This document shows, piece by piece, positions 33,069-43,390 of a stretch of 64,000 bases of DNA. The notes below the pieces were generated by a model. The model was given only the letters and a program-made list of their open reading frames with translations, was not told the DNA's origin and ran no database searches. A program made the translations under genes and the position numbers. The stretch's first letter is position 1; each line of letters starts with the position of its first letter. This stretch comes from an uncultured Gammaproteobacteria bacterium. GTDB lineage: Bacteria > Pseudomonadota > Gammaproteobacteria > JABCZS01. The DNA lies in contig CAWKDC010000001.1 of NCBI GenBank assembly GCA_963848305.1, positions 480,001 to 544,000 of the forward strand. The letters run 5' to 3'.

Positions 33069-34409
33069 CTAGCTCCCCTGCTTCCAGGCATTGAAATCTG
33101 CTGCCGCAATGCCCATGCCTGCGACACGAGGCATGCTTAAAAGACGAAGATCTTCCTGCATGATGTTGTGAAATTCGACTTGATCTGATATTGGAATGAG
33201 TTGTTTAATTTGTTCATCAATATACGCCTGCATTTCATCACCATGCAAGCAATTCATGATGATATGGCGAATCAGTGCCCGTCGATGTTCTCGATAAATA
33301 ACACATAGCTTATGAAAACCCATGACTTGTACGGTCGCATCATATGATTGGCAGGTTCTCGCATACGAAAAACAATAAAGATCAGCTAAAGGGCGAACAT
33401 CGTTTAATTCATAAATAGCAATCATTGCGTTGATATAGTCATTTTTTGGAATATCATTGAATGAGAATGGAACCAAATTTTCCTTGATCAATGAAATATT
33501 CGCACTCAAACGTGCAGTGCGTTTATTACAATCTTCAAAGCATTGTAGATATGCAATATTCAGCAATAAGAAAAAACTTTGCTCGAATGGATCTTGGATC
33601 GCATTCGCCTTTTGACAGATTAACTCTAAATACTCTTCTAGAGATTTTTTCTGCTCTAGCGGCAAATAGGTTGAACCGCCTATTTTGACAGGATGATCCC
33701 TCAGTACGCCGCAATGTTCTTGCAATAACAGTCCATCTGACAATAGAAACTGTAGGGTACAAATAAACTCTGGCGTTAATGCAACCTTTGATGCACTGTC
33801 AACCAAGTAACGTATCGCTTCTTTGTGATTTAAAATCATGATTTTTTCTTCGGTTAATTTACTTTCATTCTCAATCCCCTCTATCACCAATTTTTCCGTA
33901 TCCAATAAGGAATATGTGTTTCCCTCCAATCGTGATGAGTTATAAGATAAGTCAATCAATAATCGATTGTAAACAACCCGAGCATATGTTCCTGCCAATC
34001 CGCCAAAGTCTGTTCTGCGCCCCTCAGCCATTAATGTGGCACGCTGGGTTTCTGTCAAATAATAATCAACATTGGGCTGATAATCCTTGACCCATTCTCG
34101 GTTATAGGGAGTTGGCGATCTTGAGTAAATCGGTTGCGCAATATAGGCCAACGCAGCGTCACTGGCAGGGGTAAACAGAGGCAGTATCATTGCGTTTGCA
34201 CTGGGTAGGTTCGTCACTGCGTACCGCACGGCTTTTTTGCTGCCAATTTTGCGAATAGCGCCCACCGCCACCATTTCTTGTAGCCACCTGCTTAAAGAGC
34301 GCCTAGAGACAGTATCACCCAGCACTTCTAAAAGAGCTGCGGTACTCATCGGCTCATGAGCCTCGGAGAGGGCCGCAAACACGGCCATTTTATGGTCAAC
34401 TTTATTCAT
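33069..34409 (-). CDS. Fic-domain protein with N-terminal winged HTH
   Basis: SYNSSRLEGNTYS, ILNHKEAI, variant Fic motif YLQCFEDCNKRTAR; N-terminal VSRRSLSRWL...GA...Y wHTH. Confidence 0.9.
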   Translation of the reverse strand: MNKVDHKMAVFAALSEAHEPMSTAALLEVLGDTVSRRSLSRWLQEMVAVGAIRKIGSKKAVRYAVTNLPSANAMILPLFTPASDAALAYIAQPIYSRSPTPYNREWVKDYQPNVDYYLTETQRATLMAEGRRTDFGGLAGTYARVVYNRLLIDLSYNSSRLEGNTYSLLDTEKLVIEGIENESKLTEEKIMILNHKEAIRYLVDSASKVALTPEFICTLQFLLSDGLLLQEHCGVLRDHPVKIGGSTYLPLEQKKSLEEYLELICQKANAIQDPFEQSFFLLLNIAYLQCFEDCNKRTARLSANISLIKENLVPFSFNDIPKNDYINAMIAIYELNDVRPLADLYCFSYARTCQSYDATVQVMGFHKLCVIYREHRRALIRHIIMNCLHGDEMQAYIDEQIKQLIPISDQVEFHNIMQEDLRLLSMPRVAGMGIAAADFNAWKQGS

Positions 34410-34480
34410 TTAATGGCCAATTTAAGTGGATTATGGCCAATTATAGATGTTTATTGGCCATTTTTCAAGTTTTATCGCCA
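34393..34480 (-). promoter_or_regulatory. Fic promoter (TTGAAA-N17-TATAAT) overlaid by periodic TGGCCA boxes
   Basis: -35 at 34463-34468 and -10 at 34440-34445 on the minus strand; boxes at 34393, 34414, 34434, 34455, 34475. Confidence 0.65.
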
Positions 34481-34696
34481 AATTAATGATTCATCAGCCC
34501 GAAGGCTATAACGCTTCCGGCGTTAATCGACCGGATAACCAATCAACCCCCAGATTTAACGTACGGGCGCAGAGACGCGCGCCTACTAGGTGGACGTAGA
34601 ATATCAGCAAATATTCAACAGATACAGATGGGTTGTAGAAACGATGGATATCCCGTACAATGCCTTTAGGATTTTTTAATCTTCAAGGAACGAAGC

Positions 34697-36130
34697 ATGC
34701 GTGGACTTTATTGGTTTAGAAACGATCTTCGGGTTAAGGACAACGCAGCGTTGTTCAAAGCGAGCCAGGATTGTCGTGATGGCTTACTCGCCGTTTACTT
34801 CATTCCTCAAGATACCTGGCGCAAACATCACAAAGCCCCCGTCCAAGTTGATTTTATTCTGCGCCACCTCCCCTTTTTAAAGGCCGCGCTTCAAGCGTTG
34901 AATATTCCCCTTCAGGTCATCGTGGTGAAAAACTATGAAGCTTGCGCGCAGCAAGTTGTTGAATTGGCGCGCAGACACCAGATTGAAGCAGTATTTGGCA
35001 ATCGCGATTATGAATATGATGAACGTAAACGCGATAAACTCACTGAAACATTATTGTATGAACATCATATCGATTTTCACCTACTTGACGACAATGTCGT
35101 GGTTGCACCAGACAAAGTTTTGACAGGAAAAGGCACGCCTTATACCGTATTCACACCGTTTAAAAAATCTGCCATGATTTATTTATCCCGCGAAGGTGCG
35201 CTCCACTGTGCCGGCACATGTGAAAAACAAACCGAAACATTTGCTGAATCTTCTGAACTTCCTCAACATATTTCCGGGTTTGACAACGTGATTCCTGCTG
35301 AACTTTGGCCTGCCGGCATTGATATCGCTGAACAGCGGTTAGATGATTTTGTGCAGCATCGATTGTTTCAATACGACAAAATGCGGGATTATCCGCACAT
35401 CGATGGCACGAGCAAACTCTCTCCCTATTTGCATATCGGGGCCATCTCAGTGAAGCGCTGTTTTGAACGGGCCATCACGGCGGGCCATGTCAAGCAATGC
35501 GAAGGCATCAATGCATGGATATCCGAATTATTATGGCGGGACTTTTACAAGCAAATCAGTTTTCATTATCCCCATGTGTGTAAAGGCAAATCTTTCCATG
35601 CAGAATACGATAACATGACTTGGGATCGTGATGAGAAAGCCATTGCGGCGTGGAAAGCCGGTGAAACGGGTTATCCGTTAGTGGATGCAGCCATGAAGCA
35701 ATTGGTGAAAACCGGCTGGATGCATAACCGTTTGCGCATGCTGGTCGCGATGTTTTTCTGCAAATTGATGTATCAAGATTGGCGGATTGGTGAACAGTTT
35801 TTCATGGAACATTTAATCGATGGTGATTTTTCATCGAATAACGGCGGTTGGCAGTGGAGTTCGGCCACAGGCACGGATGCGGCACCGTATTTTCGTATTT
35901 TCAATCCCCGTCGCCAAAGTGAGCATTTCGACCCTGAGGGGATCTTTATCCGTGAGTTCCTGCCGACCTTGAAGGATTTCAACACCCGGGATATTCATGC
36001 CCCATCTGAGGCTGTGGCAAAAGCGGCTGGGTACGCCTTACCCCTTTTGGACTATGACAGGTCGCGCAAAATGTCTCTGGATAAGTTTCTGGCATTTAAA
36101 GGGCGGTCACGTCGCGGCAGGCGCTGTTAG
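34697..36130 (+). CDS. phrB: Deoxyribodipyrimidine photolyase (class I CPD)
   Basis: WFRNDLRVKDN, TSKLSPYL, GETGYPLVDAAM, GWMHNRLRM, NNGGWQW, PYFRIFNP. Confidence 0.96.
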   Translation: MRGLYWFRNDLRVKDNAALFKASQDCRDGLLAVYFIPQDTWRKHHKAPVQVDFILRHLPFLKAALQALNIPLQVIVVKNYEACAQQVVELARRHQIEAVFGNRDYEYDERKRDKLTETLLYEHHIDFHLLDDNVVVAPDKVLTGKGTPYTVFTPFKKSAMIYLSREGALHCAGTCEKQTETFAESSELPQHISGFDNVIPAELWPAGIDIAEQRLDDFVQHRLFQYDKMRDYPHIDGTSKLSPYLHIGAISVKRCFERAITAGHVKQCEGINAWISELLWRDFYKQISFHYPHVCKGKSFHAEYDNMTWDRDEKAIAAWKAGETGYPLVDAAMKQLVKTGWMHNRLRMLVAMFFCKLMYQDWRIGEQFFMEHLIDGDFSSNNGGWQWSSATGTDAAPYFRIFNPRRQSEHFDPEGIFIREFLPTLKDFNTRDIHAPSEAVAKAAGYALPLLDYDRSRKMSLDKFLAFKGRSRRGRRC

Positions 36131-36200
36131 CCGGTATCAAAAAAAATTGTGCTTTAGGCGCTTGTTTTTTTGAAAAATTCTGGCATAATAGGCCCACTAT

Positions 36201-36277
36201 GCGCCCGTAGCTCAGTTGGATAGAGTATCTGGCTACGAACCAGGAGGTCGGGAGTTCGAATCTCTCCGGGCGCACCA
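36201..36277 (+). tRNA. tRNA-Arg (anticodon ACG)
   Basis: gcgcccg acceptor stem, D-arm tagctcagttggatagag, anticodon loop ct-ACG-aa, T-loop ttcgaat, encoded CCA; 77 nt. Confidence 0.97.
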
Positions 36278-36480
36278 TATTAATAAACAGCATTCACTAC
36301 TGTCATCCCGGAATAACAAGCTCGAAAAATCGAACAAACAGGTCATACATGGCGCGTTTATATCCGACCGGGTGACGATGCAGTCGCCTTCACACCATTT
36401 CCAGGGGTTTAGCATGTTGAACCCCTGGTGTGCATGGATATGTGCCGAAACTCTGGAGAACGACTCCCTCTACAGCACAA

Positions 36481-36807
36481 TTATTGCGCTTTGAGTTTGG
36501 TTTTAAGAGGTTTTGGTGTATCGCAGACCAACGTTCCATTGTAGTTAGATACGGTAGATTTTTTAGCACAGGTTTTCATGTTTAGGGTTGCGCTTAGACC
36601 AATATTTTGTTCATTCACGCATGTTGCCGTGAGTGTTGAACTTGATTGATTACACTGGATATCGTAGCATGAGTTAGTATATGTCCCAGTCCAAGGGCAG
36701 TTCTTGACTTTTTCTACTGGCTTCGCAGCATGAACTACTACCCAAGGTAATAATGACAAAACACCGGCCAACAGTGCGATACGTGTGATTGAAGAAGTTT
36801 TTTTCAT
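36481..36807 (-). CDS. Secreted Cys-rich protein with CVNH (cyanovirin-N-like) lectin domain
   Basis: Signal peptide; GTYTNSCYDI...LTATC...LN...C...VSNYNGTLVC. Confidence 0.7.
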   Translation of the reverse strand: MKKTSSITRIALLAGVLSLLPWVVVHAAKPVEKVKNCPWTGTYTNSCYDIQCNQSSSTLTATCVNEQNIGLSATLNMKTCAKKSTVSNYNGTLVCDTPKPLKTKLKAQ

Positions 36808-36883
36808 GTGTGCGTTCCTTTAAATGAGAATTAAATCCAGATTGGATTTTTTATTTATAGTATAAGGCTGGCAAAATTGCCAA

Positions 36884-37810
36884 TCACGCAGGGACGAGGT
36901 CGCCTTCATCTTCGAGGAGATCAGCTGCAGGCTCAGGGAAGGTAACGATTTCCCAGGCATCAGGGTTGGCCATCAAGGCTTTCAATAATTGACTGTTCAT
37001 GGTATGACCAGATTTTACGCCGTGGAAGGCGCCGATAATGTTCTTACCGAGCAAATACAAATCGCCGATCGCATCCAAAATTTTATGACGGGCAAATTCA
37101 TCGTCATAGCGCAAACCATCTTCGTTCAACACACGGTATTCATCGATGACCACCGTATTGTCCATGCTCGCGCCTAACGCGAGATTCGCGGCACGCATTT
37201 TTTCCGCATCGCTCAAGAAACCGAAGGTGCGGGCGCGGGAAATTTCTTTGACGTAAGATGTTTTCGCAAAATCAATCGTGAGGGATTGCGCTGTTTCGCG
37301 GAACACAGGATGATCGAATGCAATGTCAAACGTGACTTTGAAGCCGTTGAACGGTTCAATGCTCGCCATTTTATTGCCATCTTGCACGCGCACACGTTCT
37401 TTGATGCGGATAAACTCTTTGAGCGCAGGCGCTTGTTCACAAATGCCGGCAGATTGAATCAAGAAAACAAAGGGACCCGCGCTGCCGTCCATGATAGGCA
37501 GTTCGTTCGCACTGAGTTCAACGTAAATATTATCAATACCCAAACCAGCCAATGCAGAGAGCAAATGCTCAACGGTTGAGATGGTCACGCCGTCTTTGGA
37601 AAGGGTTGTCGAAAAACGGGTATCAGCTATGTATTCAGGACGTGCGGGAATATCGACATGCGGAGTAGATTTATCAGCGCCTAAACGGCGGAAAATGATG
37701 CCTGTATGGGCTGGCGCCGGACGCAATGTCAAGTAAACCTTCTTGCCACTGTGGACCCCTATTCCGGTCGTTTTGATGACGTTTTTGATCGTTCTTTGGT
37801 ATTTTGGCAT
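36884..37810 (-). CDS. lpxC: UDP-3-O-acyl-GlcNAc deacetylase
   Basis: [28 protein letters not shown]. Confidence 0.98.
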   Translation of the reverse strand: MPKYQRTIKNVIKTTGIGVHSGKKVYLTLRPAPAHTGIIFRRLGADKSTPHVDIPARPEYIADTRFSTTLSKDGVTISTVEHLLSALAGLGIDNIYVELSANELPIMDGSAGPFVFLIQSAGICEQAPALKEFIRIKERVRVQDGNKMASIEPFNGFKVTFDIAFDHPVFRETAQSLTIDFAKTSYVKEISRARTFGFLSDAEKMRAANLALGASMDNTVVIDEYRVLNEDGLRYDDEFARHKILDAIGDLYLLGKNIIGAFHGVKSGHTMNSQLLKALMANPDAWEIVTFPEPAADLLEDEGDLVPA

Positions 37811-37897
37811 CTGGTTTTCCTGTCATATGGCACACTAAGAGTGGCGATTATACTGAGTATTCATATGGTTGTATACCCCCCCCAGCATGGGAAAGAA

Positions 37898-37933
37898 TAC
37901 CCGCCCCTACAACGGGGCGGAGTACCTGCCCGT
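37898..37933. repeat. REP-like GTAGGGGCGGG palindrome
   Basis: tacccgcccctaca-acggggcgg; same core at 41101 and 46895. Confidence 0.6.
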
Positions 37934-37934
37934 A

Positions 37935-39092
37935 TTATTCTTTATTCCGCCTTAAAAAAGCAGGAATGTCCAAATAATCTCCTGAAGCAGGCGCTTCCAG
38001 GACAGTCCGTGTCTCAGCTTGCCGACGTAAGACAGTCGGCTTTTCAAGTTTAGCATAATCTGTGGTGCCGTCAGGTCTTGTGGCACCCATCAGACGCTTA
38101 TCCTTAGGCAATCCCATGGGAAGGTTCTGGGCCAAGCCTGTGGCAACCACCGTCACGCGCAATTCGCCTTCCATGCTGGGGTCAACCACGGTACCTACAA
38201 CAACCGTGGCGTCTTCAGACGTAAAGCCCTTGATCACATCACCCACTTCTTCGAATTCACCAATTGTCATGTCCATGCCAGCCGTGATGTTAACCAACAC
38301 GCCCTGTGCACCTGTCAAATTGAGGTTTTCAAGCAAGGGGCTGGAAATGGCTGCTTCAGCCGCTTCGCGGGCACGGTTTTCACCACTGGCCACGCCTGTC
38401 CCCATCATGGCAATGCCCATTTTAGACATGACTGTACGGACGTCAGCAAAGTCGACGTTGATCAAGCCTGGACGGGTGATCAGTTCAGCAATACCGGCCA
38501 CAGCGCCTTGTAAAACGTCATTGGCGGCTTTAAAAGCATCCAGAAGGGAAATACCCTTACCCAACACAGACAAGAGCTTCTCGTTAGGAATGGTGATGAG
38601 GGAATCCACGTTTTTGCTCAAGGCTTGAATGCCCGCCTCGGCGATTTGCATGCGCTTACGGCCTTCAAAAGGGAAAGGCTTGGTGACGATGGCCACGGTC
38701 AAGATACCCATCTCTTTCGCGATTTCGGCGACGATAGGCGCTGCACCTGTGCCTGTACCACCGCCCATACCCGCGGTGATGAAAAGCATGTCTGCGCCGC
38801 GGATGGCTTCAATGATGCGCTGGCGATCTTCAATCGCGGCATCACGGCCCACGTCAGGGTTAGCGCCTGCACCCAGCCCTTTGGTCATTTTCTGACCCAA
38901 AGGCAATTTATTCGACACAGCGGAATGCTCCATCGCTTGGCGATCTGTGTTGGCGATGTAAAATTCAACGCCATCAATGTGGCCATTGATCATATGATTG
39001 ACCGCATTGCTGCCGCCACCACCCACACCAATGACTTTGATCACAGCGCTATCAGACGCTTCGCCTGTACTTAAAAATTCAAAATTTGCCAT
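37935..39092 (-). CDS. ftsZ: Cell division protein FtsZ
   Basis: GGGTGTG tubulin signature; C-terminal DIPAFLR. Confidence 0.99.
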   Translation of the reverse strand: MANFEFLSTGEASDSAVIKVIGVGGGGSNAVNHMINGHIDGVEFYIANTDRQAMEHSAVSNKLPLGQKMTKGLGAGANPDVGRDAAIEDRQRIIEAIRGADMLFITAGMGGGTGTGAAPIVAEIAKEMGILTVAIVTKPFPFEGRKRMQIAEAGIQALSKNVDSLITIPNEKLLSVLGKGISLLDAFKAANDVLQGAVAGIAELITRPGLINVDFADVRTVMSKMGIAMMGTGVASGENRAREAAEAAISSPLLENLNLTGAQGVLVNITAGMDMTIGEFEEVGDVIKGFTSEDATVVVGTVVDPSMEGELRVTVVATGLAQNLPMGLPKDKRLMGATRPDGTTDYAKLEKPTVLRRQAETRTVLEAPASGDYLDIPAFLRRNKE

Positions 39093-39119
39093 ACCCTATC
39101 CTCTTCCTGTGATGCCCAC

Positions 39120-40352
39120 TTAAAAACTTTGCTGAAACCAACCTTGCATGCGCTGCCATATCGAGTGGGTTTGCCTTGCCCAAAGCCCCGGCTTCTCTTT
39201 ATTGGCGCAATCCAATGCGTATAATAATAGCCCAACTCCAGTTGCATACATGGGATTTGACACAACATCTGTTAGGCCGCTCACGTGCTGTGGATATCCC
39301 ACACGCACAGGCATGCGAAACACTTGTTCAGCCAACGCTGCGGCGCCCTGCACTTTAGCACTGCCGCCGGTCAGCACAATACCCGAGGCCAGCAGGTCTT
39401 GCAAGCCACTGCGGCGAATTTCTTGCTGAACCAAGGTAAATAATTCTTCATAACGGGCTTCAATCACCTCTGAAAGCAATTTACGTGAAATTTGACGTGA
39501 TGGGCGTTCGCCCACTGTGCTGACATCCAAGACGGCATGCTCATCCACCATGGCAGCCAACGCGCAACCGTACTCTTTTTTGAGGGATTCAGCGGATTGT
39601 GTCGGCGTGCGCAAAGCCATGGCGATATCGTTGGTGACCTGATCGCCTGCAATGGGGATCACGGCGGTATGGCGAATCGCCCCCTCTGTGAAGATAATGA
39701 GATCTGTGGTGCCGCCACCAATATCGACCATGCAGACACCCAACTCTTTTTCATCTTCAGTCAGGACAGCATAGCTGGACGCAAGTTGCTCCAACACAAT
39801 ATCGTCCACGTCTAAACCGCAACGACGTACGCACTTTACGATGTTTTGAGCAGCACTGACGGCTCCTGTCACCATGTGCACAGTGGCTTCCAAGCGAACG
39901 CCAGACATGCCAATTGGCTCACGAATGCCGGTTTGATCGTCCACCGCAAAAGCCTGCGGCAAGACATGAATGATTTTTTGATCAGCAGGGATCGCCACAG
40001 CTTTAGCGGCATCGACGACGCGATCGACGTCAGCAGTGCTGACTTCATGATCCCGAATAGCCACGATGCCATGAGAATTGATAGAACGAATATGGCTGCC
40101 GGCAATGCCCGTGCAGACAGAATGAATTTCACAACCGGCCATGAGCTCGGCTTCTTCGCAAGCACGCTGAATAGATTGCACGGTTGCATCGATGTTGACG
40201 ACCACGCCTTTTTTCAGCCCACGGGAAGGATGATGACCAATCCCAATGATATCTAATGAGCCAGTCTCATTGACTTCACCCACAATCGCGACCACTTTCG
40301 AAGTGCCAATGTCTAACGCGACCAATAAATTTTTTTCGGGCTTCGCTTTCAT
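39120..40352 (-). CDS. ftsA: Cell division protein FtsA
   Basis: LDIGTSKV, VDIGGGTTD, C-terminal amphipathic helix. Confidence 0.98.
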   Translation of the reverse strand: MKAKPEKNLLVALDIGTSKVVAIVGEVNETGSLDIIGIGHHPSRGLKKGVVVNIDATVQSIQRACEEAELMAGCEIHSVCTGIAGSHIRSINSHGIVAIRDHEVSTADVDRVVDAAKAVAIPADQKIIHVLPQAFAVDDQTGIREPIGMSGVRLEATVHMVTGAVSAAQNIVKCVRRCGLDVDDIVLEQLASSYAVLTEDEKELGVCMVDIGGGTTDLIIFTEGAIRHTAVIPIAGDQVTNDIAMALRTPTQSAESLKKEYGCALAAMVDEHAVLDVSTVGERPSRQISRKLLSEVIEARYEELFTLVQQEIRRSGLQDLLASGIVLTGGSAKVQGAAALAEQVFRMPVRVGYPQHVSGLTDVVSNPMYATGVGLLLYALDCANKEKPGLWARQTHSIWQRMQGWFQQSF

Positions 40353-41039
40353 CTATTCTCTCCCTGCTTGATTGACGACAAAACCATTCGTATACCGCAA
40401 ATCCACGTACTGAACACCCTTGGGTGCTTTTAAATCGATCGGTGTCGTCGCGACAAACCGTTCCACACGTTCAGGCACATCCTGCGAGCCCAACGCTATG
40501 CTCAAGCCGCTGTCTAAAACGGCGTGCCAAGACCAACGCGCATTCAACGACAAAGAGGCTATCTTAACATCTCTACGCGAGAACAACTGATTCAACACAG
40601 CATACATTTCATGCACTTTAGGCAACTGGTCTGATGGCCCCTGCCAATAGGGGACATCGAGCTTCGGCAACACAGTAGGCATAAATCGTTCGCCGACTTC
40701 ATTGACCAAATCGTGCTCTCCCCAATACGCGATGGGCACTTGCTCCACCACTTCAACCGTCACTGTATCTGGCCAAGTACGCCGCACCTGTGCCGATTTC
40801 ACCCAAGCATTTGCTTGAAGTACCTGTCGTAATGCTTTGATATCGACTGCAATAAAACTTTGCGCAACATATGGCTCGATCAACGCTTGAAGCTCTGCTT
40901 GCGTCAAGTGCGTCAGCCTTCCTTCCACATTCACGACCCGAACAGGTAAGTGCTCGGGATCTTTCAAATAGTTATAGCTCACTATGAACAGTATAGCCAA
41001 CAAGATGATGGTAAGTGCTTGAAAAGTTTTTTTGATCAT
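40353..41039 (-). CDS. ftsQ: Cell division protein FtsQ
   Basis: N-terminal TM, POTRA WVKSAQVRRTWPD, YVDLRYTNGF. Confidence 0.93.
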   Translation of the reverse strand: MIKKTFQALTIILLAILFIVSYNYLKDPEHLPVRVVNVEGRLTHLTQAELQALIEPYVAQSFIAVDIKALRQVLQANAWVKSAQVRRTWPDTVTVEVVEQVPIAYWGEHDLVNEVGERFMPTVLPKLDVPYWQGPSDQLPKVHEMYAVLNQLFSRRDVKIASLSLNARWSWHAVLDSGLSIALGSQDVPERVERFVATTPIDLKAPKGVQYVDLRYTNGFVVNQAGRE

Positions 41040-41065
41040 CTGTCGAAATCCTTTGTCGCGACCAT

Positions 41066-41114
41066 TTGTGGGCGGGTACACGGCCATTTGTGGGCAGGAA
41101 AACCCGCCCCTACA
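41066..41114. repeat. REP-like element between murB and ftsQ
   Basis: ttgtgggcgggt...ttgtgggcagg...acccgcccctaca; the murB stop lies inside the motif. Confidence 0.55.
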
Positions 41115-41979
41115 GGTATAATACCTCACGGTGTAAACGTATGCCGGTTTTTTCAAAGACAGTTTTCTCAATATGAGCAATCAACTGTTTGACATCTGCA
41201 CTGCTGGCATTGCCCAAGTTCACAATAAAGTTAGCATGTTTTGAGGATATTTGAGCGCCTCCAATCGTCATGCCCTTCAAGCCACAAGATTCAATCAAGC
41301 GAGCTGCATGATCGCCTGGAGGATTGCGAAACACAGACCCGCAGCTCGGTTGCCCAATGGGTTGTGTCTCCGAGCGTTTTTTCAGCAAGGCTTTGATGCG
41401 CTCATGACTCGCCTCGCCATTGCCGGGCACCAAAGACAGATAAGCAGCAACAAACCAACGATCGGGTGGGCAATCAACCGTACGATAACCTGTTTCAAAA
41501 TCGGTGCGGGGATGTGTGGTGATATTGCCGTGGCGATCAATCATCTCAACCGCATCCACCGTATCCCATGTTTCGCCGCCAAATGCACCTGCATTCATCC
41601 GCAACGCTCCGCCCATGGTGCCGGGAATGCCCGCATAAAATTCTGCGCCATCTAAATCATGCCGCGCAGCAAACTTTGCAATTTTGGCACATGTCACACC
41701 GGCTTGAACATAAACACGTCCATCGTCGCACCGTTCTAACACATTCAATGCGCCTTGCGTGAGGATGACTGTGCCTCGAATGCCTTCATCAGGAATGAGC
41801 ACATTCGAACCTAAACCTAACCACGTGATCGGTTCATCGCTCGGTAATTGCTGCAAAAACAGCACCAAATCTTGCAAATCTTGCGGCTCATACAATTTAT
41901 CCGCCGATCCACCAATGTGCCAAGCGTTCAACATGTTGAGTGGTGCGTGCTCTGTGAGCGTCCCGTTAATTTTCGCCAT
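41110..41979 (-). CDS. murB: UDP-N-acetylenolpyruvoylglucosamine reductase
   Basis: GLGSNVL, GIPGTMGGALRMNAGA, GSVFRNP, KHANFIVN. Confidence 0.96.
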   Translation of the reverse strand: MAKINGTLTEHAPLNMLNAWHIGGSADKLYEPQDLQDLVLFLQQLPSDEPITWLGLGSNVLIPDEGIRGTVILTQGALNVLERCDDGRVYVQAGVTCAKIAKFAARHDLDGAEFYAGIPGTMGGALRMNAGAFGGETWDTVDAVEMIDRHGNITTHPRTDFETGYRTVDCPPDRWFVAAYLSLVPGNGEASHERIKALLKKRSETQPIGQPSCGSVFRNPPGDHAARLIESCGLKGMTIGGAQISSKHANFIVNLGNASSADVKQLIAHIEKTVFEKTGIRLHREVLYL

Positions 41980-43390
41980 AAGTTTGCACACATTGCTGAA
42001 CCAATGCACCGATATTGCCTGCGCCTTGCATGAGCACGATATCGTTGTTCTGACAAACCGTTTCTAATGTGGGCGCTACTTCTGATAAAGAAGGCACAAA
42101 AACCGGTTCCAATATTCCCTTCGCGCGAATGGCACGCATCAAATCACGACTGTCTGCACCGGGGATCGCAGGCTCCCCAGCAGAATACACATCCAATAAT
42201 AATACTTGATCACACAAACATAACACGCTCACGAAATCATCAAACAAATCACGCGTGCGGGTATACCGATGTGGTTGAAACACCATGAGCAAGCGGCGAT
42301 CGGGCCATGTTTCACGTGCTGTGGCAATCGTCGCCCGCAATTCTGTCGGATGATGCCCATAATCATCAATCAACGTGATGGCCTGACCTTTGTGCAACGT
42401 CACTGGGTAACGCTGAAAACGCCGTCCTACGCCGCCAAATTGGGACAGCGCTTCTTGAATGATGGGCATGGGAATGCCTTCATGTTGTGCAATGGCGATG
42501 GTGGCCAATGCATTCAATGCATTGTGACGGCCAGGCATGTTCAAGCGAATAGGGTAGCTTTGACCGTCTGCAATGCAAACAAAATGTGCACTGAAACCAT
42601 CCACGCGATACTGTTCGATGCGATAATCTGACTGTTCATCGAAACCATAAGTGATCACGGGACGATGAATGCGCGGCAATAAACGCGCAATCACAGGATC
42701 ATCCAAACACAAGACGGCAGCGCCATAAAAAGGGATTTTGTGGATAAAATTGATGAATGCGTCTTCGAGCTCTGAAAAATTACCATGAAATGTTTGCATA
42801 TGATCGGCATCAATGTTCGTGACCACGACCAACATGGGATGCAAATATAAGAATGATGCGTCGCTTTCATCCGCTTCAGCAATGAGATAGTCGCCCTGGC
42901 CTAATTGTGCATTCGATTGCGCGCTGTTTAATTTCCCTCCGATCACGTAAGTCGGATCGAGGTTTGCAGCCGCAAACACACTGGTGATCAAACTTGTGGT
43001 GGTTGTTTTACCATGCGTGCCTGCAACGGCAATGCCATAACGAAAACGCATGAGCTCAGCCAACATTTGTGCACGGGGCATCAATGCAATGCCTGCTGCT
43101 TTTGCAGCCATCATTTCAGGATTGTGTTCACTGATGGCTGATGAATACACAACGACATCTGCACCTTCGACATGCTCTCCTTCATGACCGATATACACCG
43201 TGATACCTTGTTCAATCAGGGCATCTGTAGCAGTGCTGACATGTTGATCTGACCCAGTGACATCATATCCTTCGCGTTTTAACACATGGGCGATGCCGCT
43301 CATCCCTACCCCGCCGATCCCAATAAAATGAATGCGACGCACTTTTTTCTTATCTTTCACCAATTTCTTAAACATTCCGTACTTCCTCAC
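41966..43390 (-). CDS. murC: UDP-N-acetylmuramate--L-alanine ligase
   Basis: GIGGVGMSGIA, GTHGKTTT, EADESD, DDYGHHP. Confidence 0.97.
   Translation of the reverse strand: MRKYGMFKKLVKDKKKVRRIHFIGIGGVGMSGIAHVLKREGYDVTGSDQHVSTATDALIEQGITVYIGHEGEHVEGADVVVYSSAISEHNPEMMAAKAAGIALMPRAQMLAELMRFRYGIAVAGTHGKTTTTSLITSVFAAANLDPTYVIGGKLNSAQSNAQLGQGDYLIAEADESDASFLYLHPMLVVVTNIDADHMQTFHGNFSELEDAFINFIHKIPFYGAAVLCLDDPVIARLLPRIHRPVITYGFDEQSDYRIEQYRVDGFSAHFVCIADGQSYPIRLNMPGRHNALNALATIAIAQHEGIPMPIIQEALSQFGGVGRRFQRYPVTLHKGQAITLIDDYGHHPTELRATIATARETWPDRRLLMVFQPHRYTRTRDLFDDFVSVLCLCDQVLLLDVYSAGEPAIPGADSRDLMRAIRAKGILEPVFVPSLSEVAPTLETVCQNNDIVLMQGAGNIGALVQQCVQTYGEN

Noticed and set aside
36201-36880. Genomic island or prophage integrated at tRNA-Arg
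   Set aside because: No integrase and no duplicated tRNA 3' end found in the window; only one small gene precedes lpxC.
38062-40256. Long plus-strand ORFs opposite ftsZ and ftsA
   Set aside because: Antisense shadow ORFs of conserved genes, with no protein-family features.
40353-41180. Extended N-terminus of FtsQ in the ORF track
   Set aside because: The extension overlaps murB and translates the REP-like repeat; the likely start is ATG at 41039.
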